Position numbers and translations under genes: made by a program. The notes below the pieces were generated by a model that worked only from the letters and a program-made list of their open reading frames with translations, did not search any database and was not told where the DNA came from. Of a stretch of DNA of 64,000 bases, positions 49,330-58,172 are shown in pieces. How positions within the stretch are numbered: position 1 is the first letter of the stretch; each line of letters begins with the position of its first letter. The stretch is from positions 22,237 through 86,236 of the forward strand of contig CAZOHG010000006.1 of the NCBI GenBank assembly GCA_964579725.1, written 5' to 3'. The stretch comes from an uncultured Deferribacteres bacterium (GTDB lineage Bacteria; Zhuqueibacterota; JdFR-76; BMS3Abin05).

Positions 49330-51077
49330 AAAATCGCCCCTTAGCCGTACTCAAATTCTACGCGGGGCAGCACAAATGGGGATATTTGGCGGGATTTGTT
49401 TTTGCCGTTTTGATGATTGCTTTTCGGGCCGCCATCCCTTACCTGCTTCGCTTCCCAATTGATCGGCTTCGCGAAGGGACCACCAACAGTGTGGTCGCTC
49501 GGTACGCCGCCCTCATTTTCGGGGCCGCGGTTTTGGGCGCTGCTTTTCGGTTCGCCATGCGCCGCACTCTGGTTAGTATTTCCCGGAAAATTGAGTTCCA
49601 GATTCGATTGGATTACTTCCACCACCTACAACGCCTTTCTCCCGCCTTTTACCAGCAAATGCGCACAGGTGACATCATGGCTCGTGCCACCAATGACCTC
49701 AATGCCGTTCGCAATCTTTTGGGCCCCGGAATTGCCAACTTAATGAATACCACTGTTTTTTCACTGGTGGCAATTGTCATGATGCTCAAAATCGAAGTCC
49801 GCCTGACGGTGCTGGCACTCATTCCCTTTCCTTTTGTTTCGATTTTGGCTGCACGCGCCATGAAGGAAATCCACCGACTTTTCGACAAAATTCAGGCGCA
49901 GTTTTCCCGCATTTCCGCTAAAGCGCAAGAAAATTTTGCTGGAATTCGCGTGGTTAAGGCCTACGTTCAGGAGAAAAACGAAATTCGGCGTTTCCGCGAC
50001 CTCAGCGCCAGTTTTTTGGAGAAAAATCTCCGACTGGCGCGGGTACGAAGCATCCTCATTTCTGGCATGACGTTTCTCACCGGTTTAGGCGCTGTGATTG
50101 TGCTCTGGGTGGGCGGGACAATGGTGATTCACGAAAAAATCACTTTGGGACAATTTGTGGCGTTCAATACGTATCTCACCATGTTAACCTGGCCGACCAT
50201 TGCGCTGGGCTGGATTATTAATCTCTACCAACAGGGCACAGCCTCCATGAAACGGATTTTGGAAATTACCACCCGACAACCAATGATTGCCGACATCTCT
50301 GACGCCCGGTTCGATCTAAAATCCCTGAAAGGAGATTTTTCGGTAAAGGACGCTTCCTTTGCCTACCCCGGATCGGAAAAACCTGTTTTGAAAAACATCT
50401 CCCTTCGTATTCCGGCCGGGCGGCGCCTTGGAATTGTGGGAAACGTCGGCTCGGGCAAAACCACCTTGGTCCGTTTGCTCACCCGGCAATATGACGTCAC
50501 CACCGGTTGCCTTTGCATTGACGGCGTCGACATTCGCCGTATTCCCCTGAAAGTGCTTCGCCGGTCTATTGGGTACGTTCCGCAGGACAATTTTCTTTTT
50601 TCGGAAACCATCCGCCAAAACATTGCCTTCGGGGTGGAAAACGCTCGCGACGCCGACATTCGACGCGCGGCTGAAATTGCCGGGATTTTGGATGAAATTG
50701 AAAGCTTCCCTCACGGCTTCGACACCGAATTGGGTGAGCGGGGCATTAATCTTTCGGGGGGACAAAAACAACGGCTGGCCATCGCCCGCGCACTCTTAAA
50801 AAATCCCCCTATTTTTATTTTGGACGATGCTTTTTCGGCGGTGGATTCGGAGACGGAAAGACAGATCCTCTCCAATTTGGACACAGCCTTTGCGGGTAGC
50901 ACCGTCATTATGATTTCGCACCGTCTTTCTTCCCTCATGAGCTTCGACGAGATTATTGTTTTGGCGGAGGGAGAAATTGCGGAACGGGGAACACACGAGG
51001 AGCTGCTGACCCAAAACGGTCTCTACACCGATTTGTTTCGGAAACAAAGTCTGGAAGCCGAATTACAGGAAATTTAA
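49317..51077 (+). CDS. ABC transporter permease/ATP-binding protein (type I exporter half-transporter, MsbA-like)
   Basis: 6-TM domain plus NBD. Walker A 'GNVGSGKTT', signature 'LSGGQKQRLAIARAL', Walker B 'IFILDDAFSAVD'. Start chosen at MWTVKNRPL (overlaps the previous stop). Confidence 0.85.
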   Translation: MWTVKNRPLAVLKFYAGQHKWGYLAGFVFAVLMIAFRAAIPYLLRFPIDRLREGTTNSVVARYAALIFGAAVLGAAFRFAMRRTLVSISRKIEFQIRLDYFHHLQRLSPAFYQQMRTGDIMARATNDLNAVRNLLGPGIANLMNTTVFSLVAIVMMLKIEVRLTVLALIPFPFVSILAARAMKEIHRLFDKIQAQFSRISAKAQENFAGIRVVKAYVQEKNEIRRFRDLSASFLEKNLRLARVRSILISGMTFLTGLGAVIVLWVGGTMVIHEKITLGQFVAFNTYLTMLTWPTIALGWIINLYQQGTASMKRILEITTRQPMIADISDARFDLKSLKGDFSVKDASFAYPGSEKPVLKNISLRIPAGRRLGIVGNVGSGKTTLVRLLTRQYDVTTGCLCIDGVDIRRIPLKVLRRSIGYVPQDNFLFSETIRQNIAFGVENARDADIRRAAEIAGILDEIESFPHGFDTELGERGINLSGGQKQRLAIARALLKNPPIFILDDAFSAVDSETERQILSNLDTAFAGSTVIMISHRLSSLMSFDEIIVLAEGEIAERGTHEELLTQNGLYTDLFRKQSLEAELQEI

Positions 51078-51178
51078 AAAGCAACTGGGGCTGCCGCTTG
51101 GCGGTAAAATTCTAACCCAGGCTGCCGTGACTAAAAACGAGCGACAATGAAGCGATACGAAAGCGAGTATTCTTTCTG

Positions 51179-52996
51179 ATGATGTACGGAAAAGGCGGGA
51201 AATTTCTGGAAGAAGATGTGGTGGGCAAGGCCTACGACAGCCGCATTGCCAAACGGCTTCTGCACTACCTGCGCCCGTACGGCTGGCAGGTAGGTCTTGC
51301 CGTGGCAGTTTTGGTACTGTTGTCCCTCACCCGGCTGGCCGGCCCCCTGATTACCAAAATTGCCATTGACCGCTACATCGTACCGCGGGACGTCCCGGGC
51401 GTTTTCCGAATATCCCTCATTTTGCTTTCCATTCTGGTATTGGAATTGGGCTTGCAGTTTGTCCAGATCAACTTAATGGAATGGATCGGTCAGCACGTCA
51501 TGTTTGACATTCGACTGGCCACTTTTTCCCATCTCCAGAAAATGGACATCGCTTTTTTTGACCGAAATCCCGTCGGTCGTCTGGTAACGCGCGTCACTTC
51601 CGACGTGGCCGCACTGCAAGAGGTGTTTACTTCCGGCGTTGTGGCGATTTTCGGAGATTTGTTCACCCTCACCGGCATTGTCATCGTTCTATTGGCACTC
51701 AACTGGCAACTGGCGCTGGTTACGTTTACAGTGCTTCCCCTTCTGATTTACGCCACCTTCCTTTTCCGCCGCAAAGTTCGCGAGAATTACCGCCGCGTGC
51801 GGTACCTCATTGCCCGCATTAACGCCTTTTTGCAGGAAAATATTTCGGGGATGACCATCGTGCAACTTTTCAATCGCGAAAAAAGAAATTTCGAGGATTT
51901 TCGGCAACTGAATCGGGAAACACTGGACACACAGCTCAAAACGATTCTCTATTTCACCCTTTTCGGCCCCAGCGTGGACGCCATTAGCTACTTCGCCATT
52001 GCCCTGATTATCTGGTTTGGCGGCATTCGTTACAATTCCGGTGGACTCACACTGGGCATTTTGGTGGCGTTTATTCAGTACGCCCAGCGTTTTTTTCACC
52101 CCATTAGCGATCTGGCTGAAAAATACAATATTCTACAGGGCGCGATGGCGTCTTCGGAACGAATCTTCAAAATCCTGGACGCGAAACCCAAAATCGTCTC
52201 CCCCGCCACACCCGTACCGTTTACACGATTTAAAAATGCCATTCGGTTCGATCATGTCTGGTTTGCGTACAAGGAGGGTGAATGGGTGCTCAGGGACGTT
52301 TCGTTCGAAGTGCGAAAAGGGCAGCGTGTGGCTTTGGTAGGCGCCACCGGTGCGGGAAAAACGTCGATTATTAGTCTGTTAGCCCGTTTTTACGACGTTC
52401 AAAAGGGCCGCATTCTGATCGACGGCACAGACATCCGTCAATTTGCCATTCCCGACCTGAGGCGAAAAATTGCCATTGTCCTGCAGGATGTGTTCCTCTT
52501 TTCCGGCAGCATCGCCGACAACATTCGGCTGGGAGAAAATCTTTCGCAGGAATCCGTGGCCGAGGCGGCCCGACTGGCCAACGCCCACGAATTCGTGCAG
52601 GCCATGCCGGACGGCTACCTCACCGACGTCAAGGAACGGGGGCAGTCGCTTTCGCTGGGACAGCGTCAATTGCTCTCTTTCGCCCGCGCTCTGGCTTTTG
52701 ACCCCGAAATTCTGGTGTTGGACGAAGCTACGTCCAGCGTGGACACCCAGACCGAGCTGCTCATTCAGGAGGCTCTCAGCCGCTTATTGGAAAATCGCAC
52801 GGCCATTATTATTGCCCACCGGCTCTCCACCATTCAACATTCGGACAAAATCCTGGTTATTCACAAGGGCGAAATTCGGGAATCCGGCACCCACCAGGAA
52901 CTTCTGCACCGGCACGGCATCTACTACCGTCTGTACAAATTGCAATTCGAGGAACAAAACGGCTCCAAAGCCTCCGCAATATCCCCCAAGAGCTGA
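51179..52996 (+). CDS. ABC transporter permease/ATP-binding protein (partner half-transporter)
   Basis: Walker A 'GATGAGKTS', signature 'LSLGQRQLLSFARAL', Walker B 'ILVLDEATSSVD'. Forms a heterodimeric pair with the preceding gene. Confidence 0.85.
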   Translation: MMYGKGGKFLEEDVVGKAYDSRIAKRLLHYLRPYGWQVGLAVAVLVLLSLTRLAGPLITKIAIDRYIVPRDVPGVFRISLILLSILVLELGLQFVQINLMEWIGQHVMFDIRLATFSHLQKMDIAFFDRNPVGRLVTRVTSDVAALQEVFTSGVVAIFGDLFTLTGIVIVLLALNWQLALVTFTVLPLLIYATFLFRRKVRENYRRVRYLIARINAFLQENISGMTIVQLFNREKRNFEDFRQLNRETLDTQLKTILYFTLFGPSVDAISYFAIALIIWFGGIRYNSGGLTLGILVAFIQYAQRFFHPISDLAEKYNILQGAMASSERIFKILDAKPKIVSPATPVPFTRFKNAIRFDHVWFAYKEGEWVLRDVSFEVRKGQRVALVGATGAGKTSIISLLARFYDVQKGRILIDGTDIRQFAIPDLRRKIAIVLQDVFLFSGSIADNIRLGENLSQESVAEAARLANAHEFVQAMPDGYLTDVKERGQSLSLGQRQLLSFARALAFDPEILVLDEATSSVDTQTELLIQEALSRLLENRTAIIIAHRLSTIQHSDKILVIHKGEIRESGTHQELLHRHGIYYRLYKLQFEEQNGSKASAISPKS

Positions 52997-53191
52997 GGAA
53001 AAACTCTCGCGCTGCAAATCCGAGAAAAGCTCTTGCCGCCCTTTTCTTTTTGAAACGGTTTCTGCTCCGACGGCATGAGTTTAAGGCTCCGTCAAAAGGT
53101 GCCGCCTCAAAATGCCAAAACGGGGCGCAGTTCCCAAATCGATTTGAGTCCTGCGCGCAACTGCCGCGCCCGTCTTCGGCAGGAAATCCCT

Positions 53192-54256
53192 TTAACGGCG
53201 AATCGATTCCCAGAATTCGACGTGGGCTTCGAGATAGCCTTCCACCTCGGCCACTTGCTCTGTGTCAATGGGAACCTCGCAGTGGCGGGCGTCCTCTGAA
53301 ATGTCGAGAGGAACGGTTGTCTGGGCAAACTCGGCCAATTGGACTCCCCAAGCTCTGCCCAACATGGGATGCACAAACCCACCGCCACCCAAAAACAAAA
53401 GTTTTTTTCGATTTTCGCGCACCCACTTGGCCAAAAAACGGCTGGCTTTTTGGCACCCGGCCAGGCTGATGTGCAAATGGCTAATCACGCAGTCACAATG
53501 TCCGTCGACGCCCATTTGAAGAAGGATCAAATCAGGGGCAAAATAATCGAGGAGCCTGGGTAAAAAGGTCTCAAAGGGTTTGAGCCACACCGCTTCGGTG
53601 GCGTAGGGCGGCATTGGACAGTTGAAATTGTACCCCTCTCCGCCGTCGGCACCGCGCTCCCGCGCAAAGCCGGTGGTGTAGGGGTACAGTGTGCGCGGGT
53701 CCTGGTGAATGGAAACGGTCAGCACGCGCGGGTCACGGTAAAAAGCGCGCTGCGTCCCGTCGCCGTGGTGAGCGTCGTAATCCAAAATAAGAATTTTGGC
53801 AATTCCCTTTTCCAAAAGGTACCGAGCCGTGACGGCAATGTCGTTGAAAATACAAAATCCCCGTGCGGTATTTTCGAAGGCGTGGTGCCAGCCTCCACAG
53901 AGATTACCAGCTATCTGGAACGAATCGTTCAGTAAGAGGTCGGCAGCCGTCAGGCTGGCGCCTACACTCAAAGCGGCCACTTCGAAAATTCCGGGGAAAG
54001 TCGGGGTGTCGGGCCCAAGAGGAATCCCACGGGTGTCATTGAGCGACGCCACACGGGCAATGTAATCGGGGGTGTGAAACAGGGCTAATTCCTCGGCGGA
54101 AGCGCGCCTCGGGGCGACGTGTTCCAATACGGGCACAATTCCCAAACGAGAGAATTCCTGCCGGGCCCTTTCGTATCGATCGCCCCGCATGACGTGCCCT
54201 TCGCCAAAATCAAGCTGACTGAATCCCTCGGCGTACACAAATCCGATTTTCTCCAT
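53192..54256 (-). CDS. histone deacetylase-family (arginase/deacetylase fold) enzyme, AcuC/acetylpolyamine-amidohydrolase-like
   Basis: 'LILDYDAHHGDGTQ' and 'SIHQDP...YPY..GF' are HDAC catalytic motifs. Start at MEKIGFVY, with GGAGG 7 nt upstream. Confidence 0.8.
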   Translation of the reverse strand: MEKIGFVYAEGFSQLDFGEGHVMRGDRYERARQEFSRLGIVPVLEHVAPRRASAEELALFHTPDYIARVASLNDTRGIPLGPDTPTFPGIFEVAALSVGASLTAADLLLNDSFQIAGNLCGGWHHAFENTARGFCIFNDIAVTARYLLEKGIAKILILDYDAHHGDGTQRAFYRDPRVLTVSIHQDPRTLYPYTTGFARERGADGGEGYNFNCPMPPYATEAVWLKPFETFLPRLLDYFAPDLILLQMGVDGHCDCVISHLHISLAGCQKASRFLAKWVRENRKKLLFLGGGGFVHPMLGRAWGVQLAEFAQTTVPLDISEDARHCEVPIDTEQVAEVEGYLEAHVEFWESIRR

Positions 54257-54325
54257 GGTGTTTCCTCCAAAAATTTGCAGCCTTTGATTTTTCAAATCGG
54301 TTTCGCCTAACCTCAGGCGACGTGT

Positions 54326-55600
54326 TCAGGATTTCCTCGGTTCCTCGAGGCGAAAAGCGCTGTAATTGGCCAGAACGGAAATGACCAAAACCGTGAGAAA
54401 GATCGCACGAAAAGAGAATAAATCGATGAACACCCCGCCAATAAGCGGGAAAAAGGAAATGACTGCCACTAAGGTTCCGCGCAAACTAATGTACAGGGGA
54501 CGTTTCTCTTCGGGCGCCACCTCAAGCATGAAATTCGTGAAGCCGATGGAAGCTCCGTTCATATAAAAACCAATGCCTAAAAAAACCATGAGATACAAGA
54601 AGGGACCCCTGGCCAACAGGGCAAAAAGGGGAATCGAAAAATGGAACAAAAGGGCGCCCTGAATGACAGCTCGGCTGCCCTTTTTGTCGCTTAGAATCCC
54701 CCACACCACATTGGAAATAACCCCGGCCAGCATTTGGGTGGCGATGAAAATCCCCACAAAAGAGGGATCGATTTTCAACTGATTTTTGGCGTACAGAATG
54801 TAGAAACTGAGCGAGAGCAGAAGACTGCCGGCCAGAATTTCCGTAAAAATGGCGCGCCCGAAGTTTTTGTCCTTTCGCAGTGTCCGAAAGGCCTGAATCA
54901 GAAAAAGATTGAAGGGTTTGGCAGGAGGACAGGACTTTTTGGGAGGTTCTTTCATCGATCCCAAACCCAGGTACGACACAATTAAAAACGTAAAAGAAAG
55001 AAAGAACAACACGGCGTAATTTTGCGGAAACGGCAGGTTTGGGTTCGCCAAAATGTACTTGACCAAAAATCCCGCGCCAATGGCCAAAAGGCCGCCTAAA
55101 AATTGCCGCAGCCCCCAAAAGCGCCCGCGCATACGCGTCGGAATTGTGCGCGCAATAATATCGAAAAAGGGAATTCCGGCCACACCGCCGGCCAGATAAA
55201 AAATCGAAAGCAAGAGCAAAAAAATGGCCAAAATCCAGCCCGGGTGCCTGGCGCCGTAGAAGTACGTCAGGGCGCCCAACACGCCCCAGCTGGTCATCCG
55301 AATGACCAGCATAACAATCAGCAAAGGCTTTTTGCGGCACAGGGCTTCTGCTTTTTGAGCGGTTAAAAGTTGAGGCCACGCCCCGCTAAATTGGAACAGG
55401 GTACCGAAAAGGCCGATGATGCTTTTGGATTGGGTAAACGAATTGAGGAAGAGGGGCAAAATCGTGTTGGGCTCGCTGAAGGTCATGCCGGCTTTGTAAA
55501 ACACGCCGTGAATCACCCCCATGAAAAAATTCCACTTTAAATGGGGTGGGTTTTGACCGTTTGGCATATTTTTTTCGTCATTAACCCTTTTATCTGACAT
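54326..55600 (-). CDS. MFS transporter
   Basis: 12 TM; MFS loop motif 'GILSDKKGSRAV'. Start at MSDK (ATG); the track ORF begins at an upstream TTG. Confidence 0.75.
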   Translation of the reverse strand: MSDKRVNDEKNMPNGQNPPHLKWNFFMGVIHGVFYKAGMTFSEPNTILPLFLNSFTQSKSIIGLFGTLFQFSGAWPQLLTAQKAEALCRKKPLLIVMLVIRMTSWGVLGALTYFYGARHPGWILAIFLLLLSIFYLAGGVAGIPFFDIIARTIPTRMRGRFWGLRQFLGGLLAIGAGFLVKYILANPNLPFPQNYAVLFFLSFTFLIVSYLGLGSMKEPPKKSCPPAKPFNLFLIQAFRTLRKDKNFGRAIFTEILAGSLLLSLSFYILYAKNQLKIDPSFVGIFIATQMLAGVISNVVWGILSDKKGSRAVIQGALLFHFSIPLFALLARGPFLYLMVFLGIGFYMNGASIGFTNFMLEVAPEEKRPLYISLRGTLVAVISFFPLIGGVFIDLFSFRAIFLTVLVISVLANYSAFRLEEPRKS

Positions 55601-55757
55601 AAAAATCTCTGCAAGTCTCAATTTGTAGGAGTTTTTTCAGATTGCCTATATCATACGAAATTTGGGCAGAAAAATCAAGTCAAAGGGGAAAATTTCCGAT
55701 CAGGTCGCTTTTTTTTAGCGAGAAAGGGAGGGATTTTCGGCAGGATTCCGGAAGGGC

Positions 55758-57422
55758 TCAGGGCAATTTGACCAGTTTTTTCCTCACCGTTTGACCGGCC
55801 ACGCGAATGGTAAGAAAATAAATGCCCGGGGCGAGGGGGGTGCCGTCCGAAGTGGTGCCGAGCCAGTGAAACGTTGCGAGTTCATTGGGAAAAATGCTCA
55901 CCCGATCTTCCCACACGAGACGACCTAACACATTGAAAATTTTAAAACTAAGCGCCTCCTGTTTTGAGGCTGAATGCCTTCGCACGTAAACTGCAACAGA
56001 GACGTTCCGGCTGAAGGGATTGGGGTAGGGCGCCAAAACGGCTACCGCCCCTTTGCTCACGGGGAAAAGGGCAAAATCGGGCGAAACGGTCTGGTTTGTT
56101 AGGGAGGAATCCGACGAATACGCCACCAATTTGATTCGGTAGCGCAATCCCACAGGGAAACGGTGATTATCGAACACAAAGGAGGTGTCCTTCCAGTGAT
56201 GCGCTAATCGGTACGCGGTTCGGGTGGAATCATTGATTAGAAACAAGTCGAAGAAAAGGGGACGGCCGTCGTCTGGGTTTTCAATCTGCCAGGAAATTCG
56301 GAATTTGCCGGTTGGGAAATCCCCTTGAGGCGGCCAATCGAAGTGGACCTTCGGCGCCTGGTAACGGTGCAGCAGTTCGGCAAATCCTACCCCCTTTACA
56401 GAATCGCCGTTCCAGATACCCGAAACCGAGCAACTTCCCTCGTAAAAGGGCATGGTTCCCAACACATCCGCCACCTGGTCGTCCACGTCCGGATGAAGAA
56501 AAAGGTCGATGTGGTGTTTGGGGTCTCGGAAACGCCATTGGTGGGAAAAAGTCAGCCCCCAACGAGGACTTTTCCAGAAGGACAGACGCTGGATCGAAAA
56601 ACTCAGGCTGGTGTCCTGCGAACCGTCGGCGAAACTCAGGGTGCACATTTTGTGGGCTTTGTCGTGCGGAATTCGATTGCGGGCAGTAAAAATATCCCAA
56701 AAAACAAGCTGCCGATTGTCTTCCAATTGAACGCTGAACCATTCGTAGGCCTCTTTGGACGTAGGCGTGACGAAAAAATTGCCCCACTGGTGGTCCATCC
56801 AACCGATTCCGCTCACCGAATCGGTTGTGCCGTTCTCTGTCCATTCACCGAAAACAGAGAGCAAAGGCAACGAATAGTAGTACGTGGTTCCGGAGGAGCC
56901 GACCGGAAGGTAACCGTCTCCCGCAATGAGAAGCGGCGGTTTTGTTGCCGTCAGAAAAAGATGTAGTCGGATTTTTTCGGTGCCGGCGTCCAGAAAATAG
57001 CGGAACGGTTCCAAACGCCTGCCCGTTTGAAGAGTAAAAAATCGATCGGGAGTGGGATTTCCCACCGCTGTGTGCGTCAGGTGTAAAAATCCTGTACCGC
57101 TCACCAATCGTCCCAGGCAACTGTTGGGCAAGAATTCTCCGGTGGTTTCGTCGGTGAGATTCAGCAATTTAATCTGATTATTGAAGTAGGTGACCATTGC
57201 AGCCAGGCGGCGTCCCGAGTTTTTTTCTTCGAGATGCATATTCAGGTACCACCACTCGGTTTTGGAGCCCGGATGACTGCCTTCATCTCTTGGAAATTGA
57301 ATGGTGGAACCTGCGGGGATGTAGGGGTAGACCTGCCAGTTCTGCGCAACGGCGCGCGTAACGGGAAAGAAGCACCCCCAGGCAGCAAGCACGACGAAGA
57401 AATATTCAAAAAGCCTTTTCAC
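55758..57422 (-). CDS. secreted AttH/CrtC-like (lipocalin-type hydrolase/hydratase-family) protein with T9SS CTD
   Basis: Signal peptide. 'IQFPRDEGSHPGSKTEWWYLNMHLEE' matches the AttH/CrtC N-terminal signature (FP.DHG.H...EWWY). CTD 'LAPYPNPFSRNVSV...GIYFLTIRVAGQTVRKKLVKLP'. Confidence 0.6.
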   Translation of the reverse strand: MKRLFEYFFVVLAAWGCFFPVTRAVAQNWQVYPYIPAGSTIQFPRDEGSHPGSKTEWWYLNMHLEEKNSGRRLAAMVTYFNNQIKLLNLTDETTGEFLPNSCLGRLVSGTGFLHLTHTAVGNPTPDRFFTLQTGRRLEPFRYFLDAGTEKIRLHLFLTATKPPLLIAGDGYLPVGSSGTTYYYSLPLLSVFGEWTENGTTDSVSGIGWMDHQWGNFFVTPTSKEAYEWFSVQLEDNRQLVFWDIFTARNRIPHDKAHKMCTLSFADGSQDTSLSFSIQRLSFWKSPRWGLTFSHQWRFRDPKHHIDLFLHPDVDDQVADVLGTMPFYEGSCSVSGIWNGDSVKGVGFAELLHRYQAPKVHFDWPPQGDFPTGKFRISWQIENPDDGRPLFFDLFLINDSTRTAYRLAHHWKDTSFVFDNHRFPVGLRYRIKLVAYSSDSSLTNQTVSPDFALFPVSKGAVAVLAPYPNPFSRNVSVAVYVRRHSASKQEALSFKIFNVLGRLVWEDRVSIFPNELATFHWLGTTSDGTPLAPGIYFLTIRVAGQTVRKKLVKLP

Positions 57423-57437
57423 GAGATGCCACCCACT

Positions 57438-58106
57438 TTACCGGGAACTGCTTTTTTGCCGACCCATGCGTCGGTACCACAGTCCAAAAACCGCCACGCC
57501 GATTACCAAACCCAGAAGAAAGAGATCCCACCGAAAGGGATTGGGTAGTCCCTGGTGAATGATGTTGCGAAAATCAAAAATAAACGAGACAAAAATTAGC
57601 GCAGCCGAAAGACCCACCAGCGCCCACTCCGAGAGGCGAGCCTGGAGTCGGACGCCTTTCTCGTCAAGCGCCAAAATAAAGAAAGCCGAAAAAATCATGA
57701 CCAGGCTAACCAGCACAGGCGCCAAAACCGGCCCCGTCCAGGGAACAGGAATCAAATAGAGGATGTCCCAGGAAAGCAGGGATACGGGCCAGTTTAAAAA
57801 GACCTTCAGCCAAACGTAGTAGAAAATGTCCCAAATGCCAAAACTCATCATAAAAAAGGCCAACCGCTGCCAGAAATTACGGCCGGCCAGGGCGGCAATG
57901 GCCACAAGCATGACCATCGTCATGGCCTCGCGGCCGATTTCAATCAAAGCCATGTGGAGCGGAATCATCTCAAGGGGAAATGTGAAGCCGTGTGGGTAGT
58001 AAATGGCGCGCAAGTACACCACCACAGCCGATTCCAAATAAGCCATGGCAATCCCGTACACCCACACCCACGCCACGCGAGCACGTAACGAGCTAATTCT
58101 TTCCAT
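57438..58106 (-). CDS. hypothetical W/Y-rich integral membrane protein (co-operonic with the AttH-like gene)
   Basis: 222 aa, about 6 TM. Its stop lies 15 nt before the AttH-like start. Confidence 0.4.
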   Translation of the reverse strand: MERISSLRARVAWVWVYGIAMAYLESAVVVYLRAIYYPHGFTFPLEMIPLHMALIEIGREAMTMVMLVAIAALAGRNFWQRLAFFMMSFGIWDIFYYVWLKVFLNWPVSLLSWDILYLIPVPWTGPVLAPVLVSLVMIFSAFFILALDEKGVRLQARLSEWALVGLSAALIFVSFIFDFRNIIHQGLPNPFRWDLFLLGLVIGVAVFGLWYRRMGRQKSSSR

Positions 58107-58172
58107 TCCAAACCCCTTCCATCTACGTCCCTTTTTTCACCATGTTTTATTTCTACCCAGGGCCATCCACCA

